A DNA stretch of 64,000 nt, from contig CAXKVF010000094.1 in assembly GCA_964057225.1 (NCBI GenBank), forward strand, positions 74,453 through 138,452, read 5' to 3'. The notes beneath the pieces were generated by a model. That model searched no databases. It was given only the letters and a program-made list of their open reading frames with translations, and had not been told where the DNA came from. Position 1 is the stretch's first letter; each line of letters starts with the position of its first letter. A program made the translations under genes and the position numbers. This stretch comes from Auanema rhodensis (Eukaryota > Animalia > Nematoda). Below, piece by piece: positions 38,205 to 50,500 of this stretch.

Positions 38205-41025
38205 CACTGTCACGTCTTCAACCCCCCCTGTCTCACATCCTACCAGCCTCTCAGTTCAGTGTCTTAATGCACGTTCTATTCTTAACAAACTTCATATACT
38301 ATCCCACGTTATTTCTTTATCCACTCCTGATATAATTGCAATATCAGAATCATGGCTTTTTCCTGAGTTCGATACCCACCTACTCCCATGTAAACATACT
38401 TACACTATTTTTAGAGCCGATAGGTGTCTCTCACGTGGTGGTGGTGTTGTCCTCTATATTAAAAGTCATATCAAACCTTTTCTTCTTTCCTGTTCTTCTC
38501 CTCAATCTTCTATACAATTCATTAACTTACTCATACCTTCACTTAATGCTGTTTTCTCACTTTGTTATCGTCCTCCAACAGCTTCTCATTCAGATTTCAT
38601 TTCGTTTCTTTCTGATCTACGTAAACAAATTTCCAAACGATCGTTCTTCCTAACGGGCGATCTTAATTTTCCTAAAATCAACTGGGACCTCGGTATTTGC
38701 TCTCAACCATGCTCCTCTAGTAGATCTATTCTTCAATTTCTTAACGATAGCTGTTCTCATCAGTTGGTAAAGTTCCCTACCAGAGGCAAGAACATTCTTG
38801 ATTATGTTATCACTGATAACATATCCAGTGTAGGCAACATATCCCGTTCTTCCCCCCTCGGCTCCTCGGATCACCATTCTGTGGTTTTCCAAATTGTTTC
38901 AGACTCTTTTCAGTTAGCTAATACAATCAGCTCTTCTAATACTTTGTCTCCGGTAGCATTACCTATGTTTTCTGATCGCAATTTTCAAGCTGCTGACTAC
39001 AATCTCATCAATCATAGACTAGCCAAAATTGATTTCGCTAATCATCTCTCCGGTCTCACTCCTTTAGATTCTTACTCTAAACTTGTTCACATTCTTCACT
39101 CGGTCATTGATAGCTGCGTTCCCAAAAAACAAGAAAGAAGAAAAAAGAAGATTGACCGAGATATTTTAAAACTCTCATCTCATATAAAAAAACTCAGTTG
39201 TTCTTATCATCATCATGATGAATCTCGTCGTAAAAAACTTTCACATTCTCTTGATAAACTTATCAAGAATAGATTGGCTTTGGAAGAGGAACGTATTGCC
39301 AACTATAATAATTCAAAACTTCTTTACCGCTTTTGCAGAACCCGTTTGGGTGGCAGCACTTCAGATATCCCAAATCTCAAAATAGATAATGATTCTGTTT
39401 CGTCTGATTCTGACAAAGCTTCTATCTTTGCTACTACCTTCTCTGTTCGCCCCCTTCCTATCTCTCTACCACATGCTCCTCATTCCTTTTCTTCTACTAT
39501 TATCGACTTTATTGATGTCTCCCCTCTCAACGTTCACAAAATTCTCTGTCAGTTACCTCTTCGGGTATCAACATCCCCAGACGGAATCCCTTATTTCTTC
39601 CTAAAAAATTGTGCTTCTACTCTCTCTCAGCCTCTGGCCTTTGTTTTCCACAATCTACTTGTTTCCTCCTCTTGCCCTCCTGACTGGAAAACAGCTTGGA
39701 TTCGTCCCGTTCATAAATCAGGACTTTCTTCTAACCCGGCTAATTATCGTCCTATTTCTCTCACATCCAGTCTATCTAAAGTTTTTGAACGTCTCCTTCG
39801 TTCACCTCTTCTTGACTTTGGTATTTCCTCCGGCTTTATTTCTCCTAATCAGTTTGCTTTTCTTCCAAAACGCAATACTGTATCAGCAATTCTTAGTAGT
39901 CATGTTCTCTGGAGATCTGCTGTAGACAAGAAAAAACCTGTTTATGTTGCCTTTATTGACTTTTCTAAGGTTTTTGATCTCATAAATCATTCCGTTCTGT
40001 TAGCTAAATTAAAATCAATTGGCATTGCCGGCTGTATTCTCACTTTTCTCAAAAACTTCATTACTAATAGATCTTTCTCTGTATTAGTTAATTACTCTCT
40101 ATCCGTCACAAATTCTTTGCCCTGTGGAGTTCCACAGGGGACAGTACTGGGTCCTCTTCTTTTTTTATTTTATATAAATGATATTACATCAAATTTACCT
40201 GATGATGTACATCCAACTCTTTATGCAGACGATCTTAAACTAAGCAGCACAAATCCGGTAAGTTTACAACTAGCTTTGAATATTCTCAAAAACTGGTGTC
40301 TATCTAACGGTATGAAAGTTAATACTTCCAAATCCAAAGTTATGATTATATCGAGTACCACTACACCAAGAACAAACACAATTTTCAAATTTGGAGACAT
40401 TTCTTTAGCTACAGTATCATCATATAAAGATCTAGGTGTGTGTACAGACTATAATCTCTCTTTTAACAGTCATATAGACAGAATTTCTAACATTGCTGCT
40501 CACAAATGTCGTGTTATTTTGCGTTGTTTTTACTCAAGATCACCAACTTTGATGTTCAAACTTTTTTGCTGCTATATCCGACCAATTTTAGAATATGCTT
40601 CAGTTGTATGGTCTCCTCAGAATAACAAAGATAAAGCGCGCATTGAGTCTGTCCAAAAAAAGTTTTTAAACGCTATTTTTAAGAGAGCCGAAATAGCTTT
40701 GGATTACAAGAACCAGCTATTGTTTCTTGGAGCCGAGGAGCTAACGTTTAGAAGACTACTAATTGATCTCGTTTTTTATCATAATCAGATTACTAAAAAT
40801 GTTCCAGAAAACAACCTTAACTTTTTTACTACCAAGCACTATGCTCATTCACTACGTAGACATCTATGGAATGTTGAATACCCTGATCTTTGGAAGAGCG
40901 AAACAAGAACTGGAATAGAATACAGAGCTATTCAAATCTGGAACACACTCCCTGAAAACATCGTTCAACTAAGAAACACTTCCAGCTTCAGAAAACATCT
41001 TTCTATTAATCTTAACAATATTTAA
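38158..41025 (+). CDS. Element B ORF2: AP endonuclease + reverse transcriptase, stop-to-stop open frame with no initiator ATG
   Basis: Manual translation extends track ORF 38764..41025 upstream without stops to TGA at 38155-38157, recovering CLNARSILNKL, ISESW, RGGGV and GDLNFP. RT motifs NYRPISLTS, GVPQGTVLGPLLF and YADD are intact (DFSKVFD instead of DFSKAFD). Confidence 0.95.
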   Translation, partial: TIHLNVSRLTKCPFVNTVTSSTPPVSHPTSLSVQCLNARSILNKLHILSHVISLSTPDIIAISESWLFPEFDTHLLPCKHTYTIFRADRCLSRGGGVVLYIKSHIKPFLLSCSSPQSSIQFINLLIPSLNAVFSLCYRPPTASHSDFISFLSDLRKQISKRSFFLTGDLNFPKINWDLGICSQPCSSSRSILQFLNDSCSHQLVKFPTRGKNILDYVITDNISSVGNISRSSPLGSSDHHSVVFQIVSDSFQLANTISSSNTLSPVALPMFSDRNFQAADYNLINHRLAKIDFANHLSGLTPLDSYSKLVHILHSVIDSCVPKKQERRKKKIDRDILKLSSHIKKLSCSYHHHDESRRKKLSHSLDKLIKNRLALEEERIANYNNSKLLYRFCRTRLGGSTSDIPNLKIDNDSVSSDSDKASIFATTFSVRPLPISLPHAPHSFSSTIIDFIDVSPLNVHKILCQLPLRVSTSPDGIPYFFLKNCASTLSQPLAFVFHNLLVSSSCPPDWKTAWIRPVHKSGLSSNPANYRPISLTSSLSKVFERLLRSPLLDFGISSGFISPNQFAFLPKRNTVSAILSSHVLWRSAVDKKKPVYVAFIDFSKVFDLINHSVLLAKLKSIGIAGCILTFLKNFITNRSFSVLVNYSLSVTNSLPCGVPQGTVLGPLLFLFYINDITSNLPDDVHPTLYADDLKLSSTNPVSLQLALNILKNWCLSNGMKVNTSKSKVMIISSTTTPRTNTIFKFGDISLATVSSYKDLGVCTDYNLSFNSHIDRISNIAAHKCRVILRCFYSRSPTLMFKLFCCYIRPILEYASVVWSPQNNKDKARIESVQKKFLNAIFKRAEIALDYKNQLLFLGAEELTFRRLLIDLVFYHNQITKNVPENNLNFFTTKHYAHSLRRHLWNVEYPDLWKSETRTGIEYRAIQIWNTLPENIVQLRNTSSFRKHLSINLNNI
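38193..38204 (+). other. Putative +1 ribosomal frameshift site TCC TTT CGT TAA (element B)
   Basis: Same motif and position as in element A; ORF2 is in the +1 frame and has no AUG before the endonuclease domain. Confidence 0.72.
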
Positions 41026-41139
41026 CCTTTCTCTGTTATTGTAACTTGAAATCTTGTTTATGTATATTCTTCTATTTACAAGCATTTAAGCCTCAAGCTA
41101 TGTTAAAGTTAGACAGTTCCCTAGTTTACCTCTGAGACC

Positions 41140-41283
41140 TGTTACTACGTATTTTATCCTATAGACATTAGTCATACGGATAGAACGATAGTTACCTCTT
41201 GCTGTCAGAACGGGCTTGACTCACATCAAGAGTTCCACCGTACCTGTCAGAATACTATAGAGGTCAGTGATCTACACTGAACA
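41140..41283 (+). ncRNA. Conserved structured cis-RNA (four-way junction) in element B 3' UTR
   Basis: Homologous to 12494-12644 (minus strand) with compensatory changes. Confidence 0.7.
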
Positions 41284-41481
41284 AATCAACTCTTCTTTAT
41301 CAAACTAGAACTGTTTCGAAACCTTAACAAACAAGTAGTGCTGCTCGCTATCATTGTAAAAGAAAATATGCTGAACCTGTTTCTTGTACATATATTTTTT
41401 TAGTCAATTATTACAAGTATGTTTGTATTGTAAGGTTCTTTTGAATATCTGCAATTTTCCCGATTTATTAACCTTGTTTTC

Positions 41482-41519
41482 CGATTATAACCTGTGATTC
41501 GAACAATAAACCCGTTCAA
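41482..41519 (+). promoter_or_regulatory. 3'-terminal hairpin plus AATAAA of element B
   Basis: GATTATA-ACC-TGTGATT-CGAACAATAAACCCGTTCAA; conserved with the element A end. Confidence 0.65.
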
Positions 41520-44500
41520 ACGTGTACATTTAATTAGCATAAATTAAAGTTCACGTAAATTTCAAAGTCATGGTTACCATGAACCAATATCAATAAAAAT
41601 TTGTTTTTAGACTAATATGGACATGGGGAATCTAATTTTGAAAACCGCATCTCTTTATCTTTCACGTGAAGCGAGTTACATACCAAGTGCACATCACGTG
41701 TACATTTAATTAGCATAAATTAAAGTTCACGTAAAATTCAAAGTCATGGTTACCATGCACCAATATCAATAAAAATTTGTTTTTAGACTAATATGGACAT
41801 TGGGAATCTAATTTTGAAAACCGCATCTCTTTATCTTTTACGTGAAGCGAGTTACATACCAAGTGCACATCACGTGTACATTTAATTAGCATAAATTAAA
41901 GTTCACGTAAATTTCAAAGTCATGGTTACCATGCACCAATATCATTAAAAATTTGTTTTTAGACTAATATGGACATGGGGAATCTAATTTTGAAAACCGC
42001 ATCTCTTTATCTTTCACGTGAAGCGAGTTACATACCAAGTGCACATCACGTGTACATTTAATTAGCATAAATTAAAGTTCACGTAAATTTCAAAGTCATG
42101 GTTACCATGAACCAATATCAATAAAAATTTGTTTTTAGACTAATATGGACATGGGGAATCTAATTTTGAAAACCGCATCTCTTTATCTTTCACGTGAAGC
42201 GAGTTACATACCAAGTGCACATCACGTGTACATTTAATTAGCATAAATTAAAGTTCACGTAAATTTCAAAGTCGTGGTTACCATGCACCAATATCAATAA
42301 AAATTCGTTTTTAGACTAATATGGACATGGGGAATCTAATTTTGAAAACCGCATCTCTTTATCTTTCACGTGAAGCGAGTTACATACCAAGTGCACATCA
42401 CGTGTACATTTAATTAGCATAAATTAAAGTTCACGTAAATTTCAAAGTCATGGTTACCATGAACCAATATCAATTAAAATTTGTTTTTAGACTAATATGG
42501 ACATGGGGAATCTAATTTTGAAAACCGTATCTCTTTATCTTTCACGTGAAGCGAGTTACATACCAAGTGCACATCACGTGTACATTTAATTAGCATAAAT
42601 TAAAGTTCACGTAAATTTCAAAGTCATGGTTACCATGAACCAATATCAATAAAAATTTGTTTTTAGACTAATATGGACATGGGCAATCTAATTTTGAAAA
42701 CCGCATCTCTTTATCTTTCACGTGAAGCGAGTTACATACCAAGTGCACATCACGTGTACATTTAATTAGCATAAATTAAAGTTCACGTAAATTTCAAAGT
42801 CATGGTTACCATGCACCAATATCAATAAAAATTTGTTTTTAGACTAATATGGACATAGGGAATCTAATTTTGAAAACCGCATCTCTTCATCTTTCACGTG
42901 AAGCGAGTTACATACCAAGTGCACATCACGTCTAAATTTAATTAGCATAAATTAAAGTTCACGAAAATTTCAAAGTCATGGTTACCATGAACCAATATCA
43001 ATAAAAATTTGTTTTTAGACTAATATGGACATGGGCAATCTAATTTTGAAAACCGCATCTCTTTATCTTTCACGTGAAGCGAGTTACATACCAAGTGCAC
43101 ATCACGTGTACATTTAATTAGCATAAATTAAAGTTCACGTAAATTTCAAAGTCATGGTTACCATGCACCAATATCAATAAAAATTTGTTTTTAGACTAAT
43201 ATGGACATGGGGAATCTAATTTTGAAAACCGCATCTCTTCATCTTTCACGTGAAGCGAGTTACATACCAAGTGCACATCACGTGTACATTTAATTAGCAT
43301 AAATTAAAGTTCACGTAAATTTCAAAGTCATGGTTACCATGAACCAATATCAATAAAAATTTGTTTTTAGACTAATATGGACATGGGGAATCTCATTTTA
43401 AAAACCGCATCTCTTTATCTTTCACGTGAAGCGAGTTACATACCAAGTGCACATCACGTGTACATTTAATTAGCATAAATTAAAGTTCACGTAAATTTCA
43501 AAGTCATGGTTACCATGCACCAATATCAATAAAAATTTGTTTTTAGACTAATATGGACATGGGGAATCTAATTTTGAAAACCGCATCTCTTTATCTTTCA
43601 CGTGAAGCGAGTTACATACCAAGTGCACCTCACGTGTACATTTAATTAGCATAAATCAAAGTTCACGTAAATTTCAAAGTCATGGTTACCATGCACCAAT
43701 ATCAATAAAAATTTGTTTTTAGACTAATATGGACATGGGGAATCTAATTTTGAAAACCGCATCTCTTTATCTTTCACGTGAAGCGAGTTACATACCAAGT
43801 GCACATCACGTGTACATTTAATTAGCATAAATTAAAGTTCACGTAAATTTCAAAGTCATGGTTACCATGAACCAATATCAATAAAAATTTGTTTTTAGAC
43901 AAATATGGACATGGGGAATCTAATTTTGAAAACCGCATCTCTTTATCTTTCACGTGAAGCGAGTTACATACCAAGTGCACATCACGTGTACATTTAATTA
44001 GCATAAATTAAAGTTCACGTAAATTTCAAAGTCATGGTTACCATGCACCAATATCAATAAAAATTTGTTTTTAGACTAATATGGACATGGGGAATCTAAT
44101 TTTGAAAACCGCATCTCTTTATCTTTCACGTGAAGCGAGTTACATACCAAGTGCACATCACGTGTACATTTAATTAGCATAAATTAAAGTTCACGTAAAT
44201 TTCAAAGTCATGGTTACCATGCACCAATATCAATAAAAATTTGTTTTTAGACTAATATGGACATGGGGAATCTAATTTTGAAAACCGCATCTCTTCATCT
44301 TTCACGTGAAGCGAGTTACATACCAAGTGCACATCAAGTGTACATTTAATTAGCATAAATTAAAGTTCACGTAAATTTCAAAGTCATGGTTACCATGCAC
44401 CAATATCAATAAAAATTTGTTTTTAGACTAATATGGACATGGGGAATCTAATTTTGAAAACCGCATCTCTTTATCTTTCACGTGAAGCGAGTTACATACC

Positions 44501-47500
44501 AAGTGCACATCACGTGTACATTTAATTAGCATAAATTAAAGTTCACGTAAATTTCAAAGTCATGGTTACCATGAAGCAATATCAATAAAAATTTGTTTTT
44601 AGACTAATATGGAAATGGGGAATCTAATTTTGAAAACCGCATCTCTTTATCTTTCACGTGAAGCGAGTTACATACCAAGTGCACATCACGTGTACATTTA
44701 ATTAGCATAAATTTAAGTTCACGTAAATTTCAAAGTCATGGTTACCATGAACCAATATCAATAAAAATTTGTTTTTAGACTAATATGGACATGGGGAATC
44801 TAATTTTGAAAACCGCATCTCTTTATCTTTCACGTGAAGCGAGTTACATACCAAGTGCACATCACGTGTACATTTAATTAGCATAAATTAAAGTTCACGT
44901 AAATTTCAAAGTCATGGTTACCATGCACCAATATCAATAAAAATTTGTTTTTAGACTAATATGGACATGGGGAATCTAATTTTGAAAACCGCATCTCTTT
45001 ATCTTTCACGTGAAGCGAGTTACATACCAAGTGCACATCAAGTGTACATTTAATTAGCATAAATTAAAGTTCACGTAAATTTCAAAGTCATGGTTACCAT
45101 GCACCAATATCAATAAAAATTTGTTTTTAGACTAATATGGACATGGGGAATCTAATTTTGAAAACCGCATCTCTTTATCTTTCACGTGAAGCGAGTTACA
45201 TACCAAGTGCACATCACGTGTACATTTAATTAGCATAAATTAAAGTTCACGTAAATTTCAAAGTCATGGTTACCATGCACCAATATCAATAAAAATTTGT
45301 TTTTAGACTAATATGGACATGGGGAATCTAATTTTGAAAACCGCATCTCCTTATCTTTCACGTGAAGCGAGTTACATACCAAGTGCACATCACGTGTACA
45401 TTTAATTAGCATAAATTAAAGTTCACGTAAATTTCAAAGTCATGCTTACCATGCACCAATATCAATAAAAATTTGTTTTTAGACTAATATGGACATGGGG
45501 AATCTAATTTTGAAAACCGCATCTCTTTATCTTTCACGTGAAGCGAGTTACATACCAAGTGCACATCACGTGTACATTTAATTAGCATAAATTAAAGTTC
45601 ACGTAAATTTCAAAGTCATGGTTACCATGCACCAATATCAATAAAAATTTGTTTTTAGACTAATATGGACATGGGGAATCTAATGTTGAAAACCGCATCT
45701 CTTCATCTTTCACGTGAAGCGAGTTACATACCAAGTGCACATCACGTGTACATTTAATTAGCATAAATTAAAGTTCACGTAAATTTCAAAGTCATGGTTA
45801 CCATGAAGCAATATCAATAAAAATTTGTTTTTAGACTAATATGGAAATGGGGAATCTAATTTTGAAAACCGCATCTCTTCATCTTTCACGTGAAGCGAGT
45901 TACATACCAAGTGCACATCACGTGTACATTTAATTAGCATAAATTAAAGTTCACGTAAATTTCAAAGTCATGGTTACCATGCACCAATATCAATAAAAAT
46001 TTGTTTTTAGACTAATATGGACATGGGGAATCTAATTTTGAAAACCGCATCTCTTCATCTTTCACGTGAAGCGAGTTACATACCAAGTGCACATCACGTG
46101 TACATTTAATTAGCATAAATTAAAGTTCACGTAAATTTCAAAGTCATGGTTACCATGCACCAATATCAATAAAAATTTGTTTTTAGACTAATATGGACAT
46201 GGGGAATCTAATTTTGAAAACCGCATCTCTTTATCTTTCACGTGAAGCGAGTTACATACCAAGTGCACATCACGTGTACATTTAATTAGCATAAATTAAA
46301 GTTCACGTAAATTTCAAAGTCATGGTTACCATGAACCAATATCAATAAAAATTTGTTTTTAGACTAATATGGACATGGGGAATCTAATTTTGAAAACCGC
46401 ATCTCTTTATCTTTCACGTGAAGCGAGTTACATACCAAGTGCACATCACGTGTACATTTAATTAGCATAAATTAAAGTTCACGTAAATTTCAAAGTCATG
46501 GTTACCATGCACCAATATCAATAAAAATTTGTTTTTAGACTAATATGGACATGGGGAATCTAATTTTGAAAACCGCATCTCCTTATCTTTCACGTGAAGC
46601 GAGTTACATACCAAGTGCACATCACGTGTACATTTAATTAGCATAAATTAAAGTTCACGTAAATTTCAAAGTCATGGTTACCATGCACCAATATCAATAA
46701 AAATTTGTTTTTAGACTAATATGGACATGGGGAATCTAATTTTGAAAACCGCATCTCTTTATCTTTCACGTGAAGCGAGTTACATACCAAGTGCACATCA
46801 CGTGTACATTTAATTAGCATAAATTAAAGTTCACGTAAATTTCAAAGTCATGGTTACCATGCACCAATATCAATAAAAATTTGTTTTTAGACTAATATGG
46901 ACATGGGGAATCTAATTTTGAAAACCGCATCTCTTCATCTTTCACGTGAAGCGAGTTACATACCAAGTGCACATCACGTGTACATTTAATTAGCATAAAT
47001 TAAAGTTCACGTAAATTTCAAAGTCATGGTTACCATGAACCAATATCAATAAAAATTTGTTTTTAGACTAATATGGACATGGGGAATCTAATTTTGAAAA
47101 CCGCATCTCTTTATCTTTCACGTGAAGCGAGTTACATACCAAGTGCACATCACGTGTACATTTAATTAGCATAAATTAAAGTTCACGTAAATTTCAAAGT
47201 CATGGTTACCATGCACCAATATCAATAAAAATTTGTTTTTAGACTAATATGGACATGGGAAATCTAATTTTGAAAACCGCATCTCTTTATCTTTCACGTG
47301 AAGCGAGTTACATACCAAGTGCACATCACGTGTACATTTAATTTGCATAAATTAAAGTTCACGTAAATTTCAAAGTCATGGTTACCATGCACCAATATCA
47401 ATAAAAATTTGTTTTTAGACTAATATGGACATGGGGAATCTAATTTTGAAAACCGCATCTCTTTATCTTTCACGTGAAGCGAGTTACATACCAAGTGCAC

Positions 47501-50500
47501 ATCACGTGTACATTTAATTAGCATAAATTAAAGTTCACGTAAATTTCAAAGTCATGGTTACCATGAACCAATATCAATGAAAATTTGTTTTTAGACTAAT
47601 ATGGACATGGGGAATCTAATTTTGAAAACCGCATCTCTTTATCTTTCACGTGAAGCGAGTTACATACCAAGTGCACATCACGTGTACATTTAATTAGCAT
47701 AAATTAAAGTTCACGTAAATTTCAAAGTCATGGTTACCATGCACCAATATCAATAAAAATTTGTTTTTAGACTAATATGGACATGGGGAATCTAATTTTG
47801 AAAACCGCATCTCTTTATCTTTCACGTGAAGCGAGTTACATACCAAGTGCACATCACGTGTACATTTAATTAGCATAAATTAAAGTTCACGTAAATTTCA
47901 AAGTCATGGTTACCATGAACCAATATCAATTAAAATTTGTTTTTAGACTAATATGGACATGGACAATCTAATTTTGAAAACCGCATCTCTGTATCTTTCA
48001 CGTGAAGCGAGTTACATACCAAGTGCACATCACGTGTACATTTAATTAGCATAAATTAAAGTTCACGTAAATTTCAAAGTCACGGTTACCATGCACCAAT
48101 ATCAATAAAAATTTGTTTTTAGACTAATATGGACATGGGGAATCTAATTTTGAAAACCGTATCTCTTTATCTTTCACGTGAAGCGAGTTACATACCAAGT
48201 GCACATCACGTGTACATTTAATTAGCATAAATTAAAGTTCACGTAAATTTCAAAGTCATGGTTACCATGAACCAATATCAATAACAATTTGTTTTTAGAC
48301 TAATATGGACATGGGCAATCTAATTTTGAAAACCGCATCTCTTTATCTTTCACGTGAAGCGAGTTACATACCAAGTGCACATCACGTGTACATTTAATTA
48401 GCATAAATTAAAGTTCACGTAAATTTCAAAGTCATGGTTACCATGCACCAATATCAATAAAAATTTGTTTTTAGACTAATATGAAAATGGGGAATCTAAT
48501 TTTGAAAACCGCATCTCTTTATCTTTCACGTGAAGCGAGTTACATACCAAGTGCACATCACGTGTACATTTAATTAGCATAAATTAAAGTTCACGTAAAT
48601 TTCAAAGTCATGGTTACCATGCACCAATATCAATAAAAATTTGTTTTTAGACTAATATGAAAATGGGGAATCTAATTTTGAAAACCGCATCTCTTTATCT
48701 TTCACGTGAAGCGAGTTACATACCAAGTGCACATCACGTGTACATTTAATTAGCATAAATTAAAGTTCACGTAAATTTCAAAGTCGTGGTTACCATGCAC
48801 CAATATCAATAAAAATTCGTTTTTAGACTAATATGGACATGGGGAATCTAATTTTGAAAACCGCATCTCTTTATCTTTCACGTGAAGCGAGTTACATACC
48901 AAGTGCACATCACGTGTACATTTAATTAGCATAAATTAAAGTTCACGTAAATTTCAAAGTCATGGTTACCATGCACCAATATCAATAAAAATTTGTTTTT
49001 AGACTAATATGGACATGGGGAATCTAATTTTGAAAACCGCATCTCTTTATCTTTCACGTGAAGCGAGTTACATACCAAGTGCACATCACGTGTACATTTA
49101 ATTAGCATAAATTAAAGTTCACGTAAATTTCAAAGTCATGGTTACCATGAACCAATATCAATTAAAATTTGTTTTTAGACTAATATGGACATGGGCAATC
49201 TAATTTTGAAAACCGCATCTCTTTATCTTTCACGTGAAGCGAGTTACATACCAAGTGCACATCACGTGTACATTTAATTAGCATAAATTAAAGTTCACGT
49301 AAATTTCAAAGTCACGGTTACCATGCACCAATATCAATAAAAATTTGTTTTTAGACTAATATGGACATGGAGAATCTAATTTTGAAAACCGTATCTCTTT
49401 ATCTTTCACGTGAAGCGAGTTACATACCAAGTGCACATCACGTGTACATTTAATTAGCATAAATTAAAGTTCACGTAAATTTCAAAGTCATGGTTACCAT
49501 GAACCAATATCAATAACAATTTGTTTTTAGACTAATATGGACATGGGCAATCTAATTTTGAAAACCGCATCTCTTTATCTTTCACGTGAAGCGAGTTACA
49601 TACCAAGTGCACATCACGTGTACATTTAATTAGCATAAATTAAAGTTCACGTAAATTTCAAAGTCATGGTTACCATGCACCAATATCAATAAAAATTTGT
49701 TTTTAGACTAATATGGACATGAGGAATCTAATTTTGAAAACCGCATCTCTTTATCTTTCACGTGAAGCGAGTTACATACCGAGTGCACATCACGTGTACA
49801 TTTAATTAGCATAAATTAAAGTTCACGTAAATTTCAAAGTCATGGTTACCATGCACCAATATCAATAAAAATTTGTTTTTAGACTAATATGGACATGGGG
49901 AATCTAATTTTGAAAACCGCATCTCTTCATCTTTCACGTGAAGCGAGTTACATACCAAGTGCACATCACGTCTAAATTTAATTAGCATAAATTAAAGTTC
50001 ACGAAAATTTCAAAGTCATGGTTACCATGAACCAATATCAATAAAAATTTGTTTTTAGACTAATATGGACATGGGCAATCTAATTTTGAAAACCGCATCT
50101 CTTCATCTTTCACGTGAAGCGAGTTACATACCAAGTGCACATCACGTGTACATTTAATTAGCATAAATTAAAGTTCACGTAAATTTCAAAGTCATGGTTA
50201 CCATGCACCAATATCAATAAAAATTTGTTTTTAGACTAATATGGACATGGGGAATCTAATTTTGAAAACCGCATCTCTTCATCTTTCACGTGAAGCGAGT
50301 TACATACCAAGTGCACATCACGTGTACATTTAATTAGCATAAATTAAAGTTCACGTAAATTTCAAAGTCATGGTTACCATGAACCAATATCAATAAAAAT
50401 TTGTTTTTAGACTAATATGGACATGGGGAATCTAATGTTGAAAACCGCATCTCTTTATCTTTCACGTGAAGCGAGTTACATACCAAGTGCACATCACGTT

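Larger units (their letters stand above)
37586..41519 (+). mobile_element. Element B: 5'-truncated CR1-like LINE, a diverged relative of element A
   Basis: ORF1 C-terminal remnant, complete ORF2 frame and 3' UTR; TSD (A)CGT at 37582-37585 and 41520-41523. Confidence 0.95.

Noticed and set aside
38764-41025. Track start at 38764 implying an endonuclease-truncated ORF2
   Set aside because: The frame is open back to 38158 and encodes the full endonuclease; the track start is just the first TTG.
41140-41283. Assignment of the 3' UTR structure to a hairpin, hammerhead or HDV ribozyme, or a tRNA
   Set aside because: No CUGANGA/GAAA core, no hairpin-ribozyme loop A/B consensus and no T-loop; left unassigned.
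41511-41517. Terminal CCCGTTC complementary to GAACGGG in the structured element
   Set aside because: Only 7 bp and not conserved at the element A end; may be chance.
12256-41519. A and B as arms of one large inverted repeat or composite element
   Set aside because: They are substantially diverged, have separate TSDs, and the satellite between them is not inverted; they are independent insertions.
43822-44004. 60-aa ORF in the satellite
   Set aside because: Arises from one substitution (GACAAATATG) removing a stop in a single monomer.
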